Source: Candidatus Heimdallarchaeota archaeon
Lineage (GTDB): Archaea; Asgardarchaeota; Heimdallarchaeia; JABLTI01
DNA: 64,000 nucleotides
Direction: 5' to 3'
NCBI GenBank assembly: GCA_018238155.1
Contig: JABCTZ010000046.1
Span: forward strand, 160,001-224,000
Under the pieces are notes generated by a model, which saw only the letters and a list, made by a program, of their open reading frames with translations, did not search any database and was not told the origin of the DNA. Below are positions 48,729 to 57,110 of this stretch, piece after piece; the stretch's first letter is position 1, and the number at the start of each line of letters is the position of its first letter. Position numbers and translations under genes: made by a program.

Positions 48729-50336
48729 TTATTTCTTCTTCTTTTTATTGATAACCATAGTGACAATACTTACTGCTACAAGTGAAACGATCACTGAAAC
48801 GATTGATAGAGGTGAAGGAGCAGTTACTGTTACGGTGGTAGTAATATTTACTTCTTCTGGCTGTGTTATATTGAGAGCGTAAGTTAATACTGCATCTGGA
48901 TACCAAGCTTTTGTTGCAGTAACAGTTAGTGCTTGTTTTGTTTCTGCTGTTCCAACTACTACTTCATAAACACCATTTGCTAAGAAGGTAGCAGGATAGA
49001 CATACCCATTGTAATTAACGATAACAGTTGCATCATCTACAGGCAAGCCTGCAGCATCAAAGACGAAGTATTGTAGTGTACAAGTTGGAGACCCCATTTC
49101 TTCACTCTCTACATCAATGAATAGTTGCGGTGAAGCATACGGGAGATAAACATGGATGTTTTCTTTTATCAGCACTGGAACGTAGTAAATTATAGGAATG
49201 AAAACTGGAATAATTATTGGTATGAAGACAAATCGAATTGGTTGATTGATAATATTAACAACGATATCAATTATGAATATCAATTGTATAAACCAGAATT
49301 CAAAGTGGAAAATGAACGTTAATTCCCAAATAATTATCGAGACAAAGAGAAATATTATCTCAATATATTCATAGACAATTACTATTTGTGATTCATATAT
49401 TTTAATTTCGAAAGTATAATAGATGATTACTATTAATAGCTCAACGATTGAGATGTAGAGAATTATTGTTAAATCCCAAATTAGAATCACTAATCGTTCG
49501 ATTAAGAAACCAAAGAACCAAGTTATTGAAATATAATCAAAAATCAGTACAAGCATAAAGCTATTGATACAAATTGACACTCCAGCATAACCAATTGTTA
49601 CACTATTACCATCAAAATCAATAGCAATAATTAGATCAGCATATATTGGTACAGGTAGTGGACCGAGTGGGAATGGTCCGTCAAATATTGGAACCAGATA
49701 ATCTATGTGCAAATAGCCTGCTCCGCCATTGAAATTCACGATGATTATACCAGCTGGTGTAATTATATCCCAAGTAGTTTCATTTAAACGACTAATCACC
49801 AATCCAGTTGGTCCAACACCGTCATTTATGATTAGATATCCACCTATCATTTCAACTGTATTCGTTAAGTCTGCAACCAAAAAGTCACCAGAAGTAGAAT
49901 TGAAGCTTATTTCTATTGGCTCACTACCAAAGATAGTTGTATTCCACTCATCGTTATTTGGACCTGAGCTGCTCAATTCAAAAGCCATATCTGGCAAAAC
50001 AACTGTTAGATGTTGTCCATCAACACTTGTTTCGAAATCAACATCAAATACCATTTCATCTGCTTGAGGTGACAAGCTAGGATCTAGTTCTGTACATAAA
50101 ACACCGACATTTGTAGCATTGTGTTCTAGTTGTAATTCATAAGTACCATTTAATAAGATAGTAGTCAATTCAGGTGTTTGTTCAATGACTTCAATGGTAT
50201 TCCCATCGTAATCATAGGTAGCATTTGGTGACACAGAATCATCAAATGTTGGTGGTAAAGCTGCATTTCCAGAGAAAGCTGGTAAAAATGCAATAAGCGA
50301 AATAATAAGAATAGTATATATTATTCGTTTCGTCAA
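48729..50336 (-). CDS. Secreted, C-terminally anchored protein with an extreme Ile/Phe/Val-rich segment and an Ig-like domain
   Basis: 535-aa ORF, strong GAGGAG before TTG, signal peptide, C-terminal Ig-like region (FVFDAAGLPVDDATV..NGVYEV), Thr linker, TM, KKKKK. Confidence 0.8.
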   Translation of the reverse strand: MTKRIIYTILIISLIAFLPAFSGNAALPPTFDDSVSPNATYDYDGNTIEVIEQTPELTTILLNGTYELQLEHNATNVGVLCTELDPSLSPQADEMVFDVDFETSVDGQHLTVVLPDMAFELSSSGPNNDEWNTTIFGSEPIEISFNSTSGDFLVADLTNTVEMIGGYLIINDGVGPTGLVISRLNETTWDIITPAGIIIVNFNGGAGYLHIDYLVPIFDGPFPLGPLPVPIYADLIIAIDFDGNSVTIGYAGVSICINSFMLVLIFDYISITWFFGFLIERLVILIWDLTIILYISIVELLIVIIYYTFEIKIYESQIVIVYEYIEIIFLFVSIIIWELTFIFHFEFWFIQLIFIIDIVVNIINQPIRFVFIPIIIPVFIPIIYYVPVLIKENIHVYLPYASPQLFIDVESEEMGSPTCTLQYFVFDAAGLPVDDATVIVNYNGYVYPATFLANGVYEVVVGTAETKQALTVTATKAWYPDAVLTYALNITQPEEVNITTTVTVTAPSPLSIVSVIVSLVAVSIVTMVINKKKKK

Positions 50337-50544
50337 TTTTTTTTTCTCCTCAATATTTCATCAATTTAAATTTAGAGTTCAATTATCAATCGTTATAAAT
50401 AATGTACTTATCTTTTATTACTTTTACTTTATAGCACTCTCAAAATTTCATTAATGCATTGATAATTTAGTATAAATATACCTTTATTCTATAAAATAAG
50501 AAAATAAAAAGATCTTGAAGAATAAACCTCTCAGAGGTCGTAAA

Positions 50545-51693
50545 ATGAAGTTTCTAATCTTAGGATCTGGTTATATGGGCAGAGCTGTCGCATATGATCT
50601 TGCACAAAGTAAAGATGTTGAAGAAATTCGCTTAGCGGATATTGACTTGTCTCAAGTTACAAAAGTTGCAGAATGGGTAAACAGTCCTTTGATAAAAGCC
50701 ATTGTAATGGATGTATCAGATAAAAATCAAGTATTAACAGCAATGGAAGGTATTGATTCAGTTATTGGTTGCATCTCCTACAAGTTCAATTATGATTTGT
50801 CAAAGCTTGCAATTAATTCTGGCGCAAATTATTGTGATCTCGGTGGAAATAATACCATAGTAAACAAACAATTCACACTTGATGATGAAGCAAAAGGAGC
50901 AGGTGTTACGATTATTCCTGATTGTAGTTTAGCGCCTGGAGTAGCTAGTGTTTTTGTTGCAGCAGGAACAGAAAAATTCGATTCTCTTGAAGAGATCCAC
51001 ATTCGAGTTGGTGGATTACCTCAGAATCCGAAACCGCCTTTGAATTATTCGTTGATATTTAATGTACAAGGATTAACAAATGAATATATTGAAATCGCAG
51101 AAGTGATTAGAGATGGGAAAATAACTCAAGTAGAGTCATTAACTGAAATTGAAGAAATAATTTTTCCGGAACCGTTTGGAAAATTAGAAGCATTTCAAAC
51201 ATCTGGAGGTACTTCTACCCTTCCCAAGACTTTCTTAGGGAAAATTAAGACACTTGATTATAAAACAATCCGGTATAAAGGTCATTGTGAGAAGATTAAA
51301 ACTATCCTAGATTTAGGCTTCAAAAGTGAAGAACCTGTTAAAATAAACGGTGGAACAACTACCCCCCGGGAATTTCTTGAGATGATACTTCTTAAGAGTC
51401 TAACGCATGAAGATACTAAAGATGTAACACTCTTACGTGTAGAAGTAATCGGTTTTGTTAACAAACTTAAAAAGAAATTTACTTTGCAGGTAATCGATTA
51501 TTTTGATGAAAAAAACAAAATTTCATCAATGATGAGAATGACTGCTTATCCAGCATCCATAATTGCTCAGATGATGGCAAATGGTATCATCAAAAAGAAA
51601 GGAGTAATAACGCAAGAATTCAACGTTCCATCGCAAATGATGATTGAAGAACTTCGGAAACGTAATATTCTAATAACTGAAGAACTGGAATAA
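50545..51693 (+). CDS. Saccharopine dehydrogenase / lysine 6-dehydrogenase family oxidoreductase
   Basis: ILGSGYMG, NYCDLGG, PDCSLAPG, RVGGLPQ.PKPPLNY, YKTIRY.GH, MMRMTAYP; ATG at 50545 after GAGGT. Confidence 0.9.
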   Translation: MKFLILGSGYMGRAVAYDLAQSKDVEEIRLADIDLSQVTKVAEWVNSPLIKAIVMDVSDKNQVLTAMEGIDSVIGCISYKFNYDLSKLAINSGANYCDLGGNNTIVNKQFTLDDEAKGAGVTIIPDCSLAPGVASVFVAAGTEKFDSLEEIHIRVGGLPQNPKPPLNYSLIFNVQGLTNEYIEIAEVIRDGKITQVESLTEIEEIIFPEPFGKLEAFQTSGGTSTLPKTFLGKIKTLDYKTIRYKGHCEKIKTILDLGFKSEEPVKINGGTTTPREFLEMILLKSLTHEDTKDVTLLRVEVIGFVNKLKKKFTLQVIDYFDEKNKISSMMRMTAYPASIIAQMMANGIIKKKGVITQEFNVPSQMMIEELRKRNILITEELE

Positions 51694-51715
51694 GATGCTA
51701 AGGAGAAGATTCTCC

Positions 51716-52174
51716 TTAAGCTAATTTTTTCTCTTTATAATCAATTACTAATGCCCTTTGTTCTGATGTTTCTAACGCACATGGTCGTACTTCTTTCAAG
51801 TTTTTAATAGCTTCCTCACCATCCTTAGGATTATAGAACAATTTTTCTGCAAGTGCCAACATCACTCCGGTTCTCCCACAACCAGCATGACAATGAACAA
51901 GAACTGGCTTTTTCTCCTCTTTAGCTTTTGAAAAAACCTCTAAGAATTGTTCTATTTGCTCTGTTTTTGGAACACCAAAATCAGTAATATATAACTCTAT
52001 ATGCTCAAAATCAGCCTTCAGAGTTGAATGTTCGGCTAATTTGTTTATCTCTTCTTCCAGAGAAATAATTACCTTTATTCCTTGTTTTTTAATATAATCC
52101 AAATTTTCTTGTGTTTTAGGTAATTCAGATCCATAAAGTTCATTTTCTTTGAAACAATAGAAGTCAAATGTCAT
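51716..52174 (-). CDS. Dual-specificity/tyrosine protein phosphatase
   Basis: ITDFGVP, VHCHAGCGRTG (CX5R), RPCALETSEQ; ATG at 52174 preferred. Confidence 0.9.
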   Translation of the reverse strand: MTFDFYCFKENELYGSELPKTQENLDYIKKQGIKVIISLEEEINKLAEHSTLKADFEHIELYITDFGVPKTEQIEQFLEVFSKAKEEKKPVLVHCHAGCGRTGVMLALAEKLFYNPKDGEEAIKNLKEVRPCALETSEQRALVIDYKEKKLA

Positions 52175-52200
52175 TTTCTTTACATCCTTTTTGCTTGAAT

Positions 52201-52770
52201 CTATTTTTTTTCGTTTAATCCCCAAAATCTTTTCTCTGCTCCTGCTGCTTCTCTTCTTTTCTTTATTGTTTCTGGATCAGCTAAATCTTCATCTTCATCA
52301 GGTTTTGTTTGGAATTTCTTTGATCGTATATAGAAGGAAATAACAATAAATAGGAAGATTACACCACCAAAAACAGCTAAAACAATATACACCGAATCAC
52401 TTGCACCTTGATTTAACAATATTAAATTAACTTCAAAATAACCTTCTGATGAACCCTCTGTTTCCAGAGAGAAGACTAATACAGTTACATTCACAATTTG
52501 GAATATTTGAGTTTCACCTTGAGCAATAGTTTTTGAAAATCCATTTACTGTTGCAGTAACATTTGCACCACCGTTAGAAACTGAAATACTGATAGATCCA
52601 TTATAATAATTATTATTTTCAATATTAAGAAATTCGACCTTTTCGTCATTGAGAAGAAATTCTTTTTTAGTATAACCACCTGAAACGAATGTGGAGATAA
52701 TTAATACAAAAATAACTATTAGAAATAAAATGCTCCTAGTTATTTGATTACTCTTTCTTCGTTTATTCAA
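52201..52770 (-). CDS. Hypothetical type I membrane protein
   Basis: Signal segment, small beta-rich ectodomain with sequons, TM, charged tail. Confidence 0.7.
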   Translation of the reverse strand: MNKRRKSNQITRSILFLIVIFVLIISTFVSGGYTKKEFLLNDEKVEFLNIENNNYYNGSISISVSNGGANVTATVNGFSKTIAQGETQIFQIVNVTVLVFSLETEGSSEGYFEVNLILLNQGASDSVYIVLAVFGGVIFLFIVISFYIRSKKFQTKPDEDEDLADPETIKKRREAAGAEKRFWGLNEKK

Positions 52771-52779
52771 AATCGTCCC

Positions 52780-54192
52780 TCAATCATTATTCTCTAATGA
52801 AGTAATTGATCCGAATTTCTCTGCCGTGTCAGTCATTTTCGATTTCTTGCCAGAATCTTCAACAAGGTCGAAGATAAATATATCTTCACCATCATCAGCT
52901 TTTATGACTGTAACAGTATCTTCTATTAGTTCTTGTTCTTTCATTTTAACTTTATTTTCTAATTCCTCTTTATTCATTATTTCTATAGCAAGTTTGCTTT
53001 TCTTTAGTAGATTAAAGAGAATTAAGCCCAAACGAGCATTTGTTTCGAAGTGCATTTCTACACAATTATGATGGTAAACTTCATTAGTTATTCTTGTTTT
53101 GTTATGAATTTTTGATACAAGAGACATACCTTCACCATTGTTCGGGATTTTAATATGGAAAGAGAAAGTTTCGAGAATGTTCAAGATTTGTTCTTTAATA
53201 TCTATTAAATGAATTTGATCTTTTGCACTAACCAATATCGGTTTTGTTCTTAATGCAGCTTCAACAATTGCTGCTTTCTCTTCAACGTTTTCTGCGATAT
53301 CTATTTTGTTCAACACTGGAATGAGGGGAATTCCTTCTGCTTGGATTGCTGTTAAAGTATTCATTGATGCTAACACTTTTCTAGTGATATTATCTTTCGA
53401 GTCATAACAATCAATTAAAAATAGAATTAAATCTGCATCTTTGATTTCTTTCAGTGTTGCATAGAAAGCAGCCATAAGAACATGAGGTAATCTAGAAATA
53501 AAGCCCACAGTATCTGTAACGAGAATCTTTCTCCCATATGATTCAAAACTTCTTGTAGTAGTAGACAAAGTAGTAAACATCTGACCACATACTTCTACAT
53601 CAGCCTTTGTTAATGCATTCATTAAAGTGCTTTTACCGGCATTTGTATAACCACAAATAGCAATTAAATCGAATCCTGAACTCACCCTTCTTTTTCTTCT
53701 TAGATCTTTTGCTTTTCTAATGTGATCAAGTTTCTTTTCAAGTTTTTTGATTGTTTTGTGACGAGTTTCTACTGATCGATGATCTTCGAGCCTTGACCCT
53801 CCAACCTTTTTTAAGGCAGCAAGACGAATTTGTGTTATTGCTTCCAAGGTTCCAGCTCTTCTGATAAAAATCTCCAGAATTAATTCAAATCTATCAATTA
53901 TTTCTACTCTCCACATCTTTCGTAGATTATCTAATTGATTTATTTCAAGTTTATTTTCAATAATTACAACATCAATTTCTAGCTCTTTCACTTTTCCTTT
54001 AATTTCTTTGGCTTTTCCCTTCCCAAATAAATATTCAGGATGTGATTTTTGGATATTTTGAGTAACTTTACCCACAACATGATATCCAGAAACATAGGCC
54101 AATTCAGAAAGCTCTGATAGATGATCCCCTTGTTTTCTATCAAGAATGGCTTCAACCAATAAAGCTCTTTGTGTCTGAGTTTTGCCGGACAT
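52780..54192 (-). CDS. hflX: GTPase HflX
   Basis: FGKGKA.EI, IDRFELILEIF..RA, GYTNAGKSTL, FTTLSTTTR, DTVGFI, NKID, SAK. Confidence 0.93.
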   Translation of the reverse strand: MSGKTQTQRALLVEAILDRKQGDHLSELSELAYVSGYHVVGKVTQNIQKSHPEYLFGKGKAKEIKGKVKELEIDVVIIENKLEINQLDNLRKMWRVEIIDRFELILEIFIRRAGTLEAITQIRLAALKKVGGSRLEDHRSVETRHKTIKKLEKKLDHIRKAKDLRRKRRVSSGFDLIAICGYTNAGKSTLMNALTKADVEVCGQMFTTLSTTTRSFESYGRKILVTDTVGFISRLPHVLMAAFYATLKEIKDADLILFLIDCYDSKDNITRKVLASMNTLTAIQAEGIPLIPVLNKIDIAENVEEKAAIVEAALRTKPILVSAKDQIHLIDIKEQILNILETFSFHIKIPNNGEGMSLVSKIHNKTRITNEVYHHNCVEMHFETNARLGLILFNLLKKSKLAIEIMNKEELENKVKMKEQELIEDTVTVIKADDGEDIFIFDLVEDSGKKSKMTDTAEKFGSITSLENND

Positions 54193-54366
54193 TTTGTGCA
54201 CCAAAATTTTGAGTTATCTTCAAGTATTAATTTTTCTTCACACAATAAAAGTTAGTTGATATCTCCTTTAAATAGATAATGAAAATGCTTCTTTAAAATA
54301 GTTTATTCATCAGTAAATAGTATTTTATATTGAAAACTATTAAATTCAAGCATTTATTACTCTAAG

Positions 54367-54762
54367 TTGAATGCCTTGAATAATAATAAAAATTCCCACG
54401 ATCCAGAAGCATATAGTAAAAAGCTTGAAGAAGTAAATATTCTTCTTGAGACAAAACCTGAAGATGTAACACTTCTCCTGGAAAGAGCTTCATGTTTAAG
54501 ACACTTGAACAAACTGAAAGAGGCATTTCAAATCCATCAAGAACTTTTTTCTCAATACCCAGATAATTTTGATTATGTATTTATGATGGGATTATTGTTA
54601 ATTGAATTCGATAAATATGAAGAAGCAATAAAATATTTTGATCAAGTGTTAGAACAAAAGCCAAATCATCGTGATGCAAATTTCAACAAAGGGTTAGCAC
54701 TTCAACGATTAGGAAAAAAGAAGGAAGGAGAAAAATACATGGAAAAAGCAATGGGTTTTTAG
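54367..54762 (+). CDS. Small TPR protein
   Basis: About 3 TPRs (EEAIKYFDQVL..PN..A.FNKG.AL..LG). Confidence 0.8.
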   Translation: MNALNNNKNSHDPEAYSKKLEEVNILLETKPEDVTLLLERASCLRHLNKLKEAFQIHQELFSQYPDNFDYVFMMGLLLIEFDKYEEAIKYFDQVLEQKPNHRDANFNKGLALQRLGKKKEGEKYMEKAMGF

Positions 54763-54842
54763 AATTTATTTCTAATAATAACTTTGAAATAAAGCGAAAG
54801 GTTACCATTTCAAGATAAACAATAATTACTACTCTTAGAGAG

Positions 54843-55916
54843 ATGAAATATATGAATAATCATGATACCAATGCCTTTGAATCTAAAATTGTTGTAAAAG
54901 CTAAATTGGCTCGCAAAAGTCTCAAAGATATCGTTAAAACCATCAAGAGTTTAAAAGTAAATTTTTATCCACTACCAGAAGCAGGCAAAGCAAGGAGAAT
55001 TGCTGCCTTAGATGGAGGTGGTTATTCAGAAGATTTCATTGGTATAACCGTTATGCCTGCCAGAGCTGCAGGAGCAATCTTTGAACAGGGAAAGGATCCT
55101 ATTTGGATAGAAGAAAATGATGTTGAAATTCTTACCATGGAAGATGACTCTAGAAATTATGGAGCACTTTTTAGAGATTTACTGGAGGTTAAAGTTGCTC
55201 TTCAATTAATGGAAAAGAAGCCGGATATTTTATTTTTAGATGGTTCGATTACCAATTTTGCTTACAAAGGAATACCACATAGTTTGAAATATTCTCTTGA
55301 CGATACTAGCTCAATAGAAGAGGGGAGCTATATTGATAAATTCCTTAACCTTTATCAAGAATTTATTCAGTCAGCCTATAAATTGATTACCAAATGCACA
55401 GAAAAAGAGGTTATTTTGGTTGGTGTTTCTAAAGACTCTCGAGCAGATATTCTTGGTAAGCATCTATTTGCTCAAAAGAAAAAACTCGCATTTAATGATG
55501 TCACTCTTGTAAATATTATAGCAAATGGAAAAACAGGATTTACAAAACCAATTGAATTTACTCCAACAATAAGGGAGCTCCGAAAGAAAATCTGGAAAGC
55601 TTCCGAAGTTTTTCAAGAAGAGAAATTCCAATCATTTTATTTGAGCTATTTTATCCTAAAGGAAGGCGGACTTCCAATACGAATTGATTCACTTATACCC
55701 CAGAAGAAATTTTTAAAGGATATTCAGAAAGCACTGGTAACATACCATGATGGAAGTGGATTCATTACGCCTGCGTATTTAACACATAACCGAGCACATA
55801 TGAAACAAGATCTGGGGCAGCGAATAATCAACTACATTGCCGAGGAAATTTTCGAAGAGTCACCAGAAATCTACAGAGCTTTCTTTACAAAGAAAAGAAG
55901 AGATGTTATCCAGTAG
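54843..55916 (+). CDS. nurA: NurA-family nuclease
   Basis: IAALDGG, LEV..A, LFLDGS, VGVSKDS, ND, YLTHNRA catalytic pattern. Confidence 0.85.
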   Translation: MKYMNNHDTNAFESKIVVKAKLARKSLKDIVKTIKSLKVNFYPLPEAGKARRIAALDGGGYSEDFIGITVMPARAAGAIFEQGKDPIWIEENDVEILTMEDDSRNYGALFRDLLEVKVALQLMEKKPDILFLDGSITNFAYKGIPHSLKYSLDDTSSIEEGSYIDKFLNLYQEFIQSAYKLITKCTEKEVILVGVSKDSRADILGKHLFAQKKKLAFNDVTLVNIIANGKTGFTKPIEFTPTIRELRKKIWKASEVFQEEKFQSFYLSYFILKEGGLPIRIDSLIPQKKFLKDIQKALVTYHDGSGFITPAYLTHNRAHMKQDLGQRIINYIAEEIFEESPEIYRAFFTKKRRDVIQ

Positions 55917-55999
55917 AAACCTCATTTATATCAGAATTACTAAAATAAAAGAAGTCCACTATCGAAAGGTATTTTATGGGAATGTGAAATTAATAGCGT

Positions 56000-56992
56000 A
56001 TGCTCAGAAAGGGTAAAGAGAAATCCAGAGTAATTCTTTTTTGTGGATTATCTAATGCTGGAAAAACGACAATTCAAAATATCTTTACGAAAGGTGATGT
56101 TTTCAAAACCGCACCTACGTTAGGCATTTCCCTTAATACGCTATCATTCAAAGATATGCATTTTAGAATTTTTGATCTTGGTGGACAAGAACGTTTCCGA
56201 GAAGAAATTACTCCTCTTCTGCCTTTTGCTGATATCATTGTTTTTGTTATGGATGCAAGTGATAAGAAACGGTTTGAAGAAGTCAATGGTGAATTTCGCA
56301 GAATTTTAAAACACACAGATAAGAAGCTCACTCCAATTTGTGTTCTTCGCCATAAATCGGACCTTAAGAAAACTATGAAAGAAAAATATGTTATAAATAA
56401 GTTAGGCTTGAAAGGCATTTTGAATCGACCTTGGGATGTTTTCAGTACAAGCGCAGTTACTCTTGATGGTTTATTGGACGTTTTCAAATGGATTTACGAA
56501 CAAACTAGTGGAGAGAAATTAGAATTCATTGTAGACAAGAAAAAAGAAGAAGATCATTCGTTTCATTTCCCATGTCCAATGAAAAAGGAATTCGAAAATG
56601 GAACTACTTTTTGTTTGAATCGCGATGAATTTATAGAAACGGAAGCAACTAATTTTGGTTTTCATGATGAAGTAAATAAAATGGTACTTAAAATTCTTCC
56701 AGATTTACGAAAAGAGGCAATTGAAAATTCTGGGAATGAAATTTGCCCTGATTTCTGTATAAAGAAAAATAGAGAAGAAATTTTGAGGTGCCCTGTTACG
56801 AAATATCAAATCGAAACTCGCGGAATAAAAGTAACTCTAAAACGATATGAAGATTCGCTAGTTTTATCGCAAATATATGGTGCGAAAATTGGTGAGGATT
56901 TATGCCGTGAGTGTATCTACAAAATAATTATTTCTCCAGACACTCTATTAAGTGAGGATGATCTGAGACAGTTAACCAAATCTTTCAAATAG
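56000..56992 (+). CDS. Arf-like small GTPase with Cys-rich C-terminal extension
   Basis: GLSNAGKTT, APTLG, FDLGGQERFR, IVFVMDASD..RF, HKSD, TSAV; C-terminal CP..FC..CPDFC..CP..CREC. Confidence 0.88.
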   Translation: MLRKGKEKSRVILFCGLSNAGKTTIQNIFTKGDVFKTAPTLGISLNTLSFKDMHFRIFDLGGQERFREEITPLLPFADIIVFVMDASDKKRFEEVNGEFRRILKHTDKKLTPICVLRHKSDLKKTMKEKYVINKLGLKGILNRPWDVFSTSAVTLDGLLDVFKWIYEQTSGEKLEFIVDKKKEEDHSFHFPCPMKKEFENGTTFCLNRDEFIETEATNFGFHDEVNKMVLKILPDLRKEAIENSGNEICPDFCIKKNREEILRCPVTKYQIETRGIKVTLKRYEDSLVLSQIYGAKIGEDLCRECIYKIIISPDTLLSEDDLRQLTKSFK

Positions 56993-57110
56993 ATAATTTT
57001 GTTTTTCTAATATTTATCAGTCAGTTTCTTCAGTAACAGATGAAGTTAAAAATCCAAGAATATTATTCTAATATAAATAGTATTTTTTAATTGAACCTTG
57101 AGTGACGAAA

